Below are positions 30,668 to 39,951 of a stretch of DNA of 64,000 bases, in pieces (within the stretch, counting starts at the first letter, position 1; each line of letters starts with the position of its first letter). The stretch covers positions 1 to 64,000 of the forward strand of contig JAWOID010000053.1 in NCBI GenBank assembly GCA_046484865.1. Reading direction: 5' to 3'. Source of the stretch: Candidatus Krumholzibacteriia bacterium. Its GTDB lineage: Bacteria > Krumholzibacteriota > Krumholzibacteriia > LZORAL124-64-63. Made by a program: the position numbers and the translations under genes. The notes under the pieces are model-generated. The model saw only the letters and a program-made list of their open reading frames with translations, searched no databases and was not told where the DNA came from.

Positions 30668-31336
30668 GTGAATCACGATGACCAGCGCGAAGACCGTTTC
30701 GACGAGCGGCCCCGGGAGGGGCTGGCCCTGCCCGCCTGGGAGGATCGGCACCGTTTCGGCTGGCTGAACGGACTCTATCTCACGATCAAGCACGTGCTGC
30801 TGTCGCCCGCCGAGTTCTTCGCCCGCATGCCCACGCACGTGGGGCTCGCGCAGCCACTCTTCTTCGCGGTGGTCGTGTCGCTGCTGGCGTCGTTCTTCGT
30901 CTGGATGTGGTCGCTCGCCGGCACGTCCCTGCAGGCCCTGTTCGAGGAGCGGGTGTCCGAGGCCATGGGGGCCCCGCTGCTGTACGGCCTGATGTTCATG
31001 CTCAGTCCCGTGATCACCATAGGGTTCGTGTTCGTCTCGGCGGGCCTGCTCCATCTCGGGCTGATGCTCTTCGGCGCCAATCGCCTGGGGTTCGAGGCCA
31101 CCTTCCGGGTGGTGGCCTACGCCCAGGCGGCCGGCATTCTCGCCGTCATGCCGTTCTGCGGCAGCGCGATCGGCTCGCTGTACGCCATCGCCATCACCGT
31201 GGTGGGTCTTTACCGGGTGCACGACACCGACCCCTGGCGCGCCCTGTTCGCGGTGCTGCTGCCCTTGCTGCTCTGTCTGGCCAGCTGCGGCGGCACGCTG
31301 GCGCTGGGCATCGGCCTGGGAGCCCTCTTCCGATGA
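30668..31336 (+). CDS. YIP1-family membrane protein
   Basis: PAWEDR..G, VLLSPAEFF, FEATFRVVAYA; five hydrophobic segments. Confidence 0.75.
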   Translation: MNHDDQREDRFDERPREGLALPAWEDRHRFGWLNGLYLTIKHVLLSPAEFFARMPTHVGLAQPLFFAVVVSLLASFFVWMWSLAGTSLQALFEERVSEAMGAPLLYGLMFMLSPVITIGFVFVSAGLLHLGLMLFGANRLGFEATFRVVAYAQAAGILAVMPFCGSAIGSLYAIAITVVGLYRVHDTDPWRALFAVLLPLLLCLASCGGTLALGIGLGALFR

Positions 31337-31743
31337 AGCTGCGGCCGGAGCGCACGGCGCTGCCGCGTCTGCTCGCCTTTCCTTATCTCGCCATGGCGGC
31401 GGCGGCGATACCGGTGCTGCGGCTGTGGCCCGATCGCGTCCTGGGCTGGGCGCACTGCCCCTTGCGCGATCTCACCGGGATCCCCTGCCCCACCTGCGGC
31501 GGGACCCAGGCCGCCGTGGCGCTGTCTCGCCTGCAGTTCGCCGAGGCGGCGGCGGCGAACCCCCTGGTCGCCGCGGCGGCAGTGCTGCTGACGCTCTGGG
31601 CCGGGTGGGCCGTGCTCGCGGCGGCGTGGTCCGCGCTGCGCCGGGAGATCGCCCTGTCGCCGGCCGAGCGGCGCACGGCGCGCATCCTCGCCGTGTCGCT
31701 GCTGGCGGCCGGCTGGATCTACCAGATCGTCCGGGCCGCCTGA
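31333..31743 (+). CDS. DUF2752-like membrane protein
   Basis: CPLRDLTGIPCPTCGGT...NP motif; ATGA overlap with the upstream stop. Confidence 0.8.
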   Translation: MKLRPERTALPRLLAFPYLAMAAAAIPVLRLWPDRVLGWAHCPLRDLTGIPCPTCGGTQAAVALSRLQFAEAAAANPLVAAAAVLLTLWAGWAVLAAAWSALRREIALSPAERRTARILAVSLLAAGWIYQIVRAA

Positions 31744-31804
31744 ACCGGCCGGGTCTCGCCGGCTCGCCCGGCGGCCTACGGCCGCTCATCGATGATGATG
31801 CGGA

Positions 31805-32947
31805 CTAGGACTCCTCCAGCAGCTTGCGGGCGATGACCAGGCGCTGGATCTCGCTGGTCCCCTCGTAGATGCGCGTGACGCGCACGTCGCGGTAGTAGCG
31901 CTCGACCGGGTATTCCTTCACGTACCCGTAGCCGCCGTGGATCTGCACCGCCAGGTCGGCGGCCCGCCCCGCCGCCTCGGTGGCGAAGAGCTTGGCCATG
32001 GCGGCCTCCTTCGTGAAGGGACGCCCCTGGTCCTTCAGCCAGGCAGCGCGGAATCCCAGCAGGCGCGCGGCGTCCAGCTCGGTACCCATGTCCGCGATCA
32101 TGGACTGGATCACGGGCTGGGCGGCCAGAGGCTTGCCGAACTGCTCGCGCACCCGGGCGTAGCCGATGGCCTCCTCGAGACAGGCGCGACCGATCCCCAG
32201 CGCCTGGAACGCCACCCCCACGCGGCCACCGTCCAGCGCCGTCATCGCGATCCGGAATCCCTCGCCCTCCGCCCCCAGCCGGTTGCGCTCGGGCACCTTC
32301 ACCCCGTCCAGGTCGACGACCACGGTGTCGGACGCGCGCAGCCCCATCTTGTCCTCCTTCTTGGCCACCGAGAGCCCATCGCTCTCGCGCGGCACCAGGA
32401 AGGCATGGATGGAGCGGTGATCGTCGGTGCCGGGGGTACGCGCCATCACCACGAAGAAGGAGGCGCGGGCGCCGTTGGTCACCCACATCTTGCTGCCGTT
32501 CAGGACGTAGCCGTCGCCCTCCTTCTTGGCGGTGCAGCGCAGGCTCGCGGCATCGCTCCCCGCGCCCGGCTCGCTGATGCAGAAGCTGGCGATCTCTCCG
32601 GCCGCCATGCGCGGCAGGTATTCCTGCTTCACGTCGTCGCTGCCGAACATGGCCACGGGATAGAATCCCACGCTGTTGTGCACCGTCACCATGATGCATA
32701 CGCCCGCGGAGACGCGCGCCAGTTCCTCCACCACCAGAGCGTAGGTGACGGTGTCCACGCCCATCCCGCCGTACTGCTCGGGGAACGAGAGCCCGAAGAA
32801 GCCGTGCTCGCGGATCTTCTCGACGAGGGCCTCCGGAATCTCGGCTCGCTCGTCCATCTCCTGGGCGAGGGGAGCGATCTCCCGGCGGGCGAAGTCGCGC
32901 ACCATGTCGCGGAACATCTGCTGCTGTTCGGTGAGGTCGAAGTGCAT
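31805..32947 (-). CDS. Acyl-CoA dehydrogenase (short/branched chain)
   Basis: SEPGAGSD, NGSKMWVTN, KMGLRAS, R.QFGKP, QIHGGYGY, IYEGTSEIQ. Confidence 0.95.
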   Translation of the reverse strand: MHFDLTEQQQMFRDMVRDFARREIAPLAQEMDERAEIPEALVEKIREHGFFGLSFPEQYGGMGVDTVTYALVVEELARVSAGVCIMVTVHNSVGFYPVAMFGSDDVKQEYLPRMAAGEIASFCISEPGAGSDAASLRCTAKKEGDGYVLNGSKMWVTNGARASFFVVMARTPGTDDHRSIHAFLVPRESDGLSVAKKEDKMGLRASDTVVVDLDGVKVPERNRLGAEGEGFRIAMTALDGGRVGVAFQALGIGRACLEEAIGYARVREQFGKPLAAQPVIQSMIADMGTELDAARLLGFRAAWLKDQGRPFTKEAAMAKLFATEAAGRAADLAVQIHGGYGYVKEYPVERYYRDVRVTRIYEGTSEIQRLVIARKLLEES

Positions 32948-33006
32948 GAGGTCGCTCCCGCTTCGTGACACAGGCTGTCCCGGGCGGTCCGGGGTGGATC
33001 CCGCCC

Positions 33007-33035
33007 AGGATAGCCGAGGAGCGGCCCCGGCCCAA
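33007..33035 (-). promoter_or_regulatory. Putative sigma70 promoter of acyl-CoA dehydrogenase
   Basis: Minus strand TTGGGC-17 bp-TATCCT. Confidence 0.5.
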
Positions 33036-33116
33036 GGATAGGTTGTGCGCGGATGGCGGTGGTCCGGCCGGACACGCCACCGGTCGTCCGCCGAAGCTGT
33101 CGCCTCCCGGCTGCCG

Positions 33117-33174
33117 CTAGCCCGCTTCGTTCATGAGCGGCCTACTGCGGCTGGTCATGAATGACGCGGGCTAG
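33117..33174. repeat. Long imperfect palindrome (26-nt arms, 6-nt loop) bounded by CTAG
   Basis: 24 of 26 positions pair on the + strand (2 G-T, 2 mismatches); overlaps the OMP stop codon. Confidence 0.75.
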
Positions 33175-33779
33175 AAGTGGAAGCTGAGCCCCCCCATCAG
33201 GTAGAGCGTGTCCCAGTCGAAATCCTCCACCTGACTCGCGAGCTGGTCGTCCAGGTCGCGATCGGCGTCCGCGAAGACGAAGCGCGCCTCGCCGAAGACC
33301 GAGACACTCTCCGCCACCGGGAAGTCGACGCCGCCGCCCAGGTGCCAGCCGAAGGTGTCTTCGCTGTCATCGTCGAAGCCGAGTGCCTCCAGGTCATCTG
33401 AGTAGTCGTAGATGAGATGGTACCATCCCGCACCGAGCGCTCCGAACAGCCGCAGCTGTTCACTCTGGATGAGATACAGGCGCCCGGTCACGGTCACGGG
33501 CACGCTGCGCACCTTCAACTCCGACTCTCCGTCGCCGAAGCCGCTGAATCCGTAGGTGTTGGCCAGCCGGTAGGCGACGGCTCCCTGCACACCCAGCCAG
33601 GGCAGCAGGCGCAACTCGGCATGGGCGCCGACCAGGAAGTTGCCGTCGTCGGCGTCCACCTCCTTGGTGTATGCCAGGTGGCCGCCGACATTGCCCAGCG
33701 GTTCAGCGGCCGCCCCGCCGGCGACGAGGACGATCAGTGCCGCGGCAATGCCGACCGTGGTGGTGCGGAAGGTGCTCAT
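33171..33779 (-). CDS. Small outer-membrane beta-barrel protein (OmpA/OmpW-like, about 8 strands)
   Basis: Signal peptide, alternating amphipathic strands, FGWHLGGGVDF and terminal Phe (GLSFHF). Confidence 0.85.
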   Translation of the reverse strand: MSTFRTTTVGIAAALIVLVAGGAAAEPLGNVGGHLAYTKEVDADDGNFLVGAHAELRLLPWLGVQGAVAYRLANTYGFSGFGDGESELKVRSVPVTVTGRLYLIQSEQLRLFGALGAGWYHLIYDYSDDLEALGFDDDSEDTFGWHLGGGVDFPVAESVSVFGEARFVFADADRDLDDQLASQVEDFDWDTLYLMGGLSFHF

Positions 33780-33948
33780 GGCTCGCCTTTCGATGGTGCG
33801 GGTCCGGCGGCAGGACCGCCGCAAGCCGCGGTTGGGAAACGGTCTCCCCGACATGCTAGGGTCGTCGTCGCCGCGGCGCTCATCGGGGCGGGTGTCCGCC
33901 CGGCGCTGGGGTCTGCCCCGAGCGGTGGACTGGAGTTGCCGAATGCCG

Positions 33949-33977
33949 TCGCCAGCCGGCCGTGGCGGACCTATGAT
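33949..33977 (+). promoter_or_regulatory. Putative sigma70 promoter of the DUF1028 operon
   Basis: TCGCCA-17 bp-TATGAT. Confidence 0.4.
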
Positions 33978-34047
33978 GCCGGCGGAAGAATCACCGCAGG
34001 GCCAGCCGGCCTGCGCCCCGCGCGGCGCCGAACGCAGGAGGTCTTCC

Positions 34048-35190
34048 GTGTCACCGATCGCGCTGGTTCTCGTCCTGCTCGTCTCGCTCTCGCCCACGGC
34101 CCCAGTGGCCCACGTGCCACCCGAGACACCCGGGGCACCCGAGACACCCGGGGCGACCACGGCCCCCGCGGCCCACGCAGCCCCCGCGGCCCCCGCGGCC
34201 GCCGTCGCTTCGCTGCCGGGGGTCGCCATGGCGGCCGCCGTCGATGCGCCCCTGCCGCGGCGTCCGGTGGCCACGTACTCGATCGTGGCGCGCGATTCCA
34301 CGACCGGCGAGCTCGGCGTGGCGGTGCAGTCGCACTGGTTCAGCGTCGGTGGGCTGGTCCCCTGGGCCGAGTCCGGGGTGGGGGCCGTGGCGACGCAGTC
34401 GTTCGTCGATCCCCGGTACGGACCGCTCGGGCTCGAGCTGATGCGGCTGGGCCGATCCGCACCGCAGGCGCTCGCGGCCCTGACGGCCACCGACGAGGGG
34501 GCTGCCGTCCGCCAGGTCGCCATGGTGGACGCCACGGGGCGGGTCGCGGTCCACACCGGCGAGCGCTGCATCGACGCCGCCGGCCACCACCCGGGCTCCC
34601 AGTACTCGGTGCAGGCGAACCTGATGGAGAGCCCGACGGTGTGGGACGCCATGGCCCGCGCCTACGAGACAACGTCCGGCGACCTCGCCGAGCGCCTGCT
34701 CGCAGCGCTCGACGCGGCCGAGCAGGAAGGCGGCGACATCAGGGGACGCCAGTCGGCCGCGATCCTCGTCGTGGTCGGCACGCCGACGGGCCGGCCCTGG
34801 CACGATCGCCTGTACGACCTCCGCGTGGAAGACCATCCCGATCCGGTCCGGGAGCTGCGCCGCCTGGTGACGCTGCGCCGCGCCTACCGGCAGCTCGAGG
34901 AGGGAGACGAGGCGATCGCCGCCGGGGACGTCGACGCGGCGCTCGAGGCCTATCACTCGGCCCTCGAGCTGGTGCCGGACGAGGCGACCAACGGCGAGGC
35001 GGCCTTCTGGGTGGGGGTCACCCTGGCGGCGACCGGACGCCTGCCGGAGGCCCGACCCTACCTGCGGCGCGCCTTCCTGCAGGACGAGCGCTGGCTGGAG
35101 ACGGCGGGACGCCTCCCGCCGGCGGGATTGTTGCCGGACGATCCGGTCCTGCTCCGGCAGATCATCGACGCCATGCAGGAGGCACGCTGA
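34048..35190 (+). CDS. Secreted DUF1028 (Ntn-hydrolase-like) protein with C-terminal TPR
   Basis: Signal peptide, Pro/Ala linker, TYSIVARD..TGELGVAVQS, GAVATQS, GGDIRGRQSAA, DLRVEDH; TPR-like tail; GTG after AGGAGG. Confidence 0.88.
   Translation: MSPIALVLVLLVSLSPTAPVAHVPPETPGAPETPGATTAPAAHAAPAAPAAAVASLPGVAMAAAVDAPLPRRPVATYSIVARDSTTGELGVAVQSHWFSVGGLVPWAESGVGAVATQSFVDPRYGPLGLELMRLGRSAPQALAALTATDEGAAVRQVAMVDATGRVAVHTGERCIDAAGHHPGSQYSVQANLMESPTVWDAMARAYETTSGDLAERLLAALDAAEQEGGDIRGRQSAAILVVVGTPTGRPWHDRLYDLRVEDHPDPVRELRRLVTLRRAYRQLEEGDEAIAAGDVDAALEAYHSALELVPDEATNGEAAFWVGVTLAATGRLPEARPYLRRAFLQDERWLETAGRLPPAGLLPDDPVLLRQIIDAMQEAR
34118..34153. repeat. 18-bp direct repeat x2 (PETPGA linker)
   Basis: CACCCGAGACACCCGGGG twice. 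Confidence 0.75.
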
Positions 35191-35747
35191 TGACGGCCCG
35201 TGGTGACGGACGATGCGCACGCCGCGCTGGCCTCCGTGCGGATGCCGGGACGTTCGCGGCGCCCCCTGCGCTCGCGCTGGGGTTGTCGCTGGCGCTGGCG
35301 GCGTGCTCCACCCTGGCCGGTTGCAGCCGCGCCACCCCCGAACAGCGCTTCAGCGAGGGCGAGGATCCCCTCGGACGCCGGACCGCCACCACCGAGACAT
35401 CCCTGGGCATGCAGCCGAGCGAAGCCCGCGCCGATCTGATGCGCGCCGATGCGCTGTGGCGCAACGGCGACTTCGCCGAGGCGCTGCCGATCTACCGCCG
35501 GATCTACGCGCAGCGCTTCCTCGAGCCGGACCTGCGTGCCCGGGCGGCGTTCGCCTGGGCCGAGCTGGAGGGCAACCTCCTCAATCCGCGCCGCGACCTC
35601 GACGCGGCGATCGCCCGGCTCGAGTCCTTTCTCGAGGAGTTTCCGGAATCCTCGCTGGTGCCCGAAGCGGAAGCGTCGCTGCTGCGGCTGCGAGCGCTGC
35701 GACTGCGCGAGCGCGCGGCGCGCAGCGACTCGCTGCCCGAACCCTGA
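35190..35747 (+). CDS. Putative lipoprotein with TPR/BamD-like helices
   Basis: Lipobox-like LAAC/LAGC; AD.LW..GDFAEA..Y and A...LESFLEEFPES..VPEA; TGATG overlap with the upstream gene. Confidence 0.7.
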   Translation: MTARGDGRCARRAGLRADAGTFAAPPALALGLSLALAACSTLAGCSRATPEQRFSEGEDPLGRRTATTETSLGMQPSEARADLMRADALWRNGDFAEALPIYRRIYAQRFLEPDLRARAAFAWAELEGNLLNPRRDLDAAIARLESFLEEFPESSLVPEAEASLLRLRALRLRERAARSDSLPEP

Positions 35748-35791
35748 GCCGGCGCTCCGGCGCCCCGCCGGCCGCAACGGAAAGGACGTCC

Positions 35792-36001
35792 ATGCGCTTC
35801 CTCGGCATCGTCCTCGTCATCCTCGGCGTCGTCACACTCGCCTATGGAGCCGTCACCTCGTGGGTGGGCGGCGACGACGGCACCATCGCCGGGCCGAACG
35901 TGCAACAGCTCGACCGCACCGACAGCGCGTTCTGGCTGGGCGGGTTCTTGCTGATCGTCGGTCTGCTGATGCTGGTGGCACGATCACGCCGGCGCCGGTG
36001 A
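35792..36001 (+). CDS. Small two-TM membrane protein
   Basis: RBS AAAGGA; two hydrophobic helices and a basic C-terminus. Confidence 0.7.
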   Translation: MRFLGIVLVILGVVTLAYGAVTSWVGGDDGTIAGPNVQQLDRTDSAFWLGGFLLIVGLLMLVARSRRRR

Positions 36002-36023
36002 CGGTGGAGAAAACCCCGTAGAG

Positions 36024-36221
36024 GTGCCCGAGATGGACCGGACGTACCGCTGCGCCGCCTGCGGCGCCCCCAACGAGACCTGGATCGATCCCGGCGGTGG
36101 CGACCGCCAGGAGTTCGTGGAGGACTGCCGGGTCTGCTGCCGGCCGATGGTGGTTGCGGCTCGCTGGAACGCTCTGACCGGGGAGTACGAGCTGGAGGTC
36201 TACCAGGAGGACCGCGACTAG
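36024..36221 (+). CDS. CPXCG-motif cysteine-rich (Zn-ribbon) small protein
   Basis: CAACG.......ID.....Q.FVEDCRVCCRP pattern; may start at ATG 36033. Confidence 0.82.
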   Translation: MPEMDRTYRCAACGAPNETWIDPGGGDRQEFVEDCRVCCRPMVVAARWNALTGEYELEVYQEDRD

Positions 36222-36277
36222 CTCCTCATCGAGCCGGGATCCGAGCCGGAGTCCTGTGACGCGATCGGCCCGACCAG

Positions 36278-36416
36278 GCGGGGCGGCCGCAGGGTGGTCC
36301 GTGGAGGCGTTGAACCACCCGATCCGGGCTCTCGGCGACGAGCGGGCCCGGCAAGGCGCTCGGCGAGGATGACACATCCCCGCCGACCTCCACGGACCAC
36401 CCTGCGGCCGCCCCGC
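36278..36416. repeat. 139-bp element with perfect 30-bp terminal inverted repeats and two internal hairpins (MITE-like or structured RNA)
   Basis: 36278-36307 GCGGGGCGGCCGCAGGGTGGTCCGTGGAGG is the exact reverse complement of 36387-36416. Confidence 0.85.
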
Positions 36417-36443
36417 TCGCCCGGCCTCCGCCGACCCCCGGAC

Positions 36444-37586
36444 CTACCGCTTGAACTCGTGCCCCGCGATGACCATCCGCTGGGCCTCGCTCGTCCCCTC
36501 GTAGATCTCGGTGATCTTGGCGTCCCGGAAGTGCCTCTCGACGGGATATTCCTTCGAGTAGCCGTTCCCCCCGAAGATCTGCACGGCCTCGTTGGTGATG
36601 AAGTGGCTGGCCTCGCTCGCAAACAGCTTGGCCATGGCCGCCTCCTCGCCGTAGCGCCCCCCCTGGTCCTTGGCCCAGGCGGCGCGGTAGGTGAGCAGGC
36701 GCGCCGCGTGCAGCCGGGTGGCCATCTCGGCGATCTTCCACTGGATGGCCTGGAAGCTGGCGATCGGCTTGCCGAACTGCTCGCGCTCGAGCGCGTAGAC
36801 GCGAGCCGCCTCGTAGGCGGCGGCGCTGATGCCCAGCGCCTGTGCGGCGATGCCGATGCGACCGCCGTCCAGGGTGGACATGGCGATCTTGAACCCCTGC
36901 CCCACCTCGCCCAGGAGCTGGTCGCCGGGTACGCGCACGTTGTCGAAGGCGAGCTGGGCGGTGTCCGACGCGCGGATGCCCATCTTCTCCTCCTTGCGCA
37001 CCACGGCGAACCCCTCGCTGTCGCTCTCGACGATGAAGGCGCCGATGCCCTTGTGCTTCTTCTCCGGATCGGTCTGCGCGAAGACGATGAGCGTGTCGGC
37101 ATTGGCCCCGTTGGTGATGAAGTTCTTCATGCCGTTGATCACCCAGTCGTCGCCTTCGCGCCGCGCCATGGTGGCCTGCGCGGCGGCGTCGGTGCCGGCG
37201 CCCGGCTCGCTCAGACAGTAGGCGCCCAGCTTGCGCCCCTGAGCGAGCGGCTCCAGGAAGCGCTGCTTCTGGTCCTCGCTGCCGTAGGTCTCCAGCGGCC
37301 AGCACACCAGGCTGTTGTTCACCGACATGATCACACCGCAACTCGCGCAGGCGCGGGAGACCTCCTCCATGGCCACGATGTAGCAGATCGTGTCGAGCCC
37401 GGCGCCGCCGTACTGCTCGGGCACGTTCATGCCCAGGAAGCCGAGCTCCCCCATCTGCCGCACGACCGCCTGGGGGAACCGCTCCTCGCGGTCGATCTCC
37501 GCGGCGATGGGTGCGATGGCGCGCGCCGCGAAGTCGGCCGCGGCCTCCCTGATCATGCGTTGCTGCTCGGTGAGCTGGAACTGCAC
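36444..37586 (-). CDS. Acyl-CoA dehydrogenase (butyryl-CoA type)
   Basis: SEPGAGTD, NGMKNFITN, KMGIRAS, QIFGGNGY, IYEGTSE. Confidence 0.95.
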   Translation of the reverse strand: MQFQLTEQQRMIREAAADFAARAIAPIAAEIDREERFPQAVVRQMGELGFLGMNVPEQYGGAGLDTICYIVAMEEVSRACASCGVIMSVNNSLVCWPLETYGSEDQKQRFLEPLAQGRKLGAYCLSEPGAGTDAAAQATMARREGDDWVINGMKNFITNGANADTLIVFAQTDPEKKHKGIGAFIVESDSEGFAVVRKEEKMGIRASDTAQLAFDNVRVPGDQLLGEVGQGFKIAMSTLDGGRIGIAAQALGISAAAYEAARVYALEREQFGKPIASFQAIQWKIAEMATRLHAARLLTYRAAWAKDQGGRYGEEAAMAKLFASEASHFITNEAVQIFGGNGYSKEYPVERHFRDAKITEIYEGTSEAQRMVIAGHEFKR

Positions 37587-37668
37587 GGCGCTCTCCTGTT
37601 CGCTGAAGACCCGTTGCTGATGGCCCGGGGGCGGCGTCTCGCCGTCCGGCGCGCGCTGCCCGGCGCGC

Positions 37669-38514
37669 CTATTCGCCGTAGTCGTAGAACCCCTTACCGG
37701 TCTTGCGTCCCAGGTAACCGGCGGCCACCATGCGGCGCAGCAGCGGCGACGGCCGGTACTTGCCGTCGGCGAAGCCCTCGTAGAGGACCTCCATGATGTC
37801 CAGGCAGACGTCGAGGCCGATGAAATCGGCCAGCGTCAAGGGCCCCATGGGATGCGCCATGCCCAGCTTCATCACGGTGTCGATGTCCTCGCGCGTGGCG
37901 ACCCCCTCCATGAGGCACTGCACCGCCTCGTTGATCATCGGCATGAGCACGCGGTTGGAGATGAAGCCGGGATAGTCCTGCACCACGACGGGCGTCTTGC
38001 CCAGATCCCGGGCCGTCTGCAGCACGCGCTCGAGGGTCTGCGCGTCGGTGGCCTGGCCGCGGATCACCTCCACCAGCTTCATCACCGGCACCGGGTTCAT
38101 GAAGTGCATGCCGATGACCTTCTCGGGCCGGCGCGTCACCGCGGCGATGCGGGTGACCGAGATGCTGCTGGTGTTGCTCGCCAGCACCGTCTCCGGGGAA
38201 CAGAGTTCGTCCAGTCGCGTGAAGATGTCCCGCTTGAGCTCGAAGCTCTCGAAGACCGCCTCCACCGCCAGCTGGACGTCCGCCGCGGCGGAGAGATCGG
38301 TGGTGGCCTGGATCCTCTGCAGCACCTTCCGGGCGTCGTCGGCGCCGAGCACCTCCTTCTTCACCTGCCGGGCGAGGTTCTTGTCGATGGTGGCCACGGC
38401 GCGATCCAGCGCCTGCTGGTCCTTGTCCACCAGGATCACCTCGTGCCCGTTCTGCGCGAAGACGTGGGCGATGCCGTTGCCCATGGTCCCGCCGCCGATC
38501 ACCGCTGCCTTCAT
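37669..38514 (-). CDS. hbd: 3-hydroxybutyryl-CoA dehydrogenase
   Basis: GGGTMGNGIA, ASNTSSIS, GMHFMNPVP, PGFISNR, HPMGPL, GRKTGKGFY. Confidence 0.95.
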   Translation of the reverse strand: MKAAVIGGGTMGNGIAHVFAQNGHEVILVDKDQQALDRAVATIDKNLARQVKKEVLGADDARKVLQRIQATTDLSAAADVQLAVEAVFESFELKRDIFTRLDELCSPETVLASNTSSISVTRIAAVTRRPEKVIGMHFMNPVPVMKLVEVIRGQATDAQTLERVLQTARDLGKTPVVVQDYPGFISNRVLMPMINEAVQCLMEGVATREDIDTVMKLGMAHPMGPLTLADFIGLDVCLDIMEVLYEGFADGKYRPSPLLRRMVAAGYLGRKTGKGFYDYGE

Positions 38515-38667
38515 CCGTGTCCCCCTTGCTGGCGGCATCCGCCGCCTTGCCGCCGGTTGCCGGCGGTGGTCCGTCCACCCGTCCCGGCGCCGGCGCCGGG
38601 CAGGCGGAGTGTCGATGTCCGGACGCGGGCCGCCCGCCACCCCCCGGTGCCGGGCGACCGCCACCGG

Positions 38668-39855
38668 TCAGGGAAGGCTGATGGCCATGGCCACCGCATC
38701 GCCGCCGCCGAGGCAGAGCGTGGCCAGTCCGTCGCGCTCCTTGCGATCCTCCATGGCGTGCAGCAGGGTCACCAGGATGCGCGCTCCGGAGCAACCGATG
38801 GGATGCCCCAGCGCCACCCCGCCGCCGCGCACGTTGACGATCGTCGGGTCCACGTCGAGCTGGCGGATCACCGCCACCGACTGGGCGGCGAACGCCTCGT
38901 TCAGCTCGATGAGCCCGTATGCGCTCACCGGCTTGAGGGCCCGGTCCTGCAGGTGCTGGACGGCCGTCACCGGGGCCATCATCACCTCCTTGGGGTCCAC
39001 CGCGCCGGTGGCGTAGCCCTGGATGATGGCACGGACCGGCAGCGCAAAGCGCTCGGCGAACTCCTCGCTGCAGACCAGCAGCGCAGCGGCGCCGTCGTTG
39101 ATGGTGGAAGCGTTGCCGGCAGTCACGGTGCCGCCGTCGCGCTTGAAGGCGGGCTTCAGGCGCGCGAGGCCCTCGATCGTGGCGTCGGCTCGCGGCCCCT
39201 CGTCACGCCCGACCACGACGGGCGCGCCCTTGCGCTGCGGCACCTCCACCGGCACCACCTCGCGGTCGAACTCGCCCTTCTCCCAGGCCTGCACCGCCCG
39301 GCGATGGCTCTCCACCGCGAAGGCGTCCTGCTCCTCGCGTGTCACGCCGTAGGTGTCGACCACCCACTCCGCGGTCATGCCCATGTGGAAGTTGTTGTAG
39401 ATGTCCCACAGGCCATCGTGGACGAGCAGGTCCGTCACCTGGCCGTGTCCCAGACGGTAGCCGTCGCGCGCCTGCAGCAGGGCGTACGGGATCTGGCTCA
39501 TGTTCTCGAAGCCGCCGGCGATGATGCACTCGTTGTCGCCCGCCTTGATCGCCTGCGCGGCCAGGGCGACCGCCTTCAGACCGGAGCCGCAGACCTTGTT
39601 CACGGTCATGGCGCTGGTCTCGACCGGGACGCCGCCGAAAATGGCAGCCTGGCGGGCGGGGTTCTGCTGCAGGCCGGCCTGGCAGACGTTGCCGAAGATG
39701 ACCTCGTCGATCTGCTCCGGATCCACGCCGGTCTTCGTCAGCAGTTCCTTGACGACGACGGCTCCCAGCTGGGGCGCGCGCACGCCGGCCAGCCCACCCT
39801 GGAAACGGCCGATGGGGGTCCGGAAGGCTCCGCAGATCACAGCTCGCTTGCTCAC
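38668..39855 (-). CDS. Acetyl-CoA C-acetyltransferase (thiolase)
   Basis: [25 protein letters not shown]. Confidence 0.95.
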   Translation of the reverse strand: MSKRAVICGAFRTPIGRFQGGLAGVRAPQLGAVVVKELLTKTGVDPEQIDEVIFGNVCQAGLQQNPARQAAIFGGVPVETSAMTVNKVCGSGLKAVALAAQAIKAGDNECIIAGGFENMSQIPYALLQARDGYRLGHGQVTDLLVHDGLWDIYNNFHMGMTAEWVVDTYGVTREEQDAFAVESHRRAVQAWEKGEFDREVVPVEVPQRKGAPVVVGRDEGPRADATIEGLARLKPAFKRDGGTVTAGNASTINDGAAALLVCSEEFAERFALPVRAIIQGYATGAVDPKEVMMAPVTAVQHLQDRALKPVSAYGLIELNEAFAAQSVAVIRQLDVDPTIVNVRGGGVALGHPIGCSGARILVTLLHAMEDRKERDGLATLCLGGGDAVAMAISLP

Positions 39856-39951
39856 GTGTGGCTCCTTTGTGTCGTTCGCGCCGGCTCGCTCGCTCGCCGG
39901 CCGGGCGGCATGAAGCGGCGAAACCTGGGCGACCGGTCGATGTCCTCGCGG

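Noticed and set aside
38515..38667. GC hairpins in the thiolase-hbd spacer sharing GGTGGTCCGT with the 36.3-kb element
   Set aside because: The match is only about 10 bp of GC-rich sequence and the stems are short; insufficient to call a repeat family.
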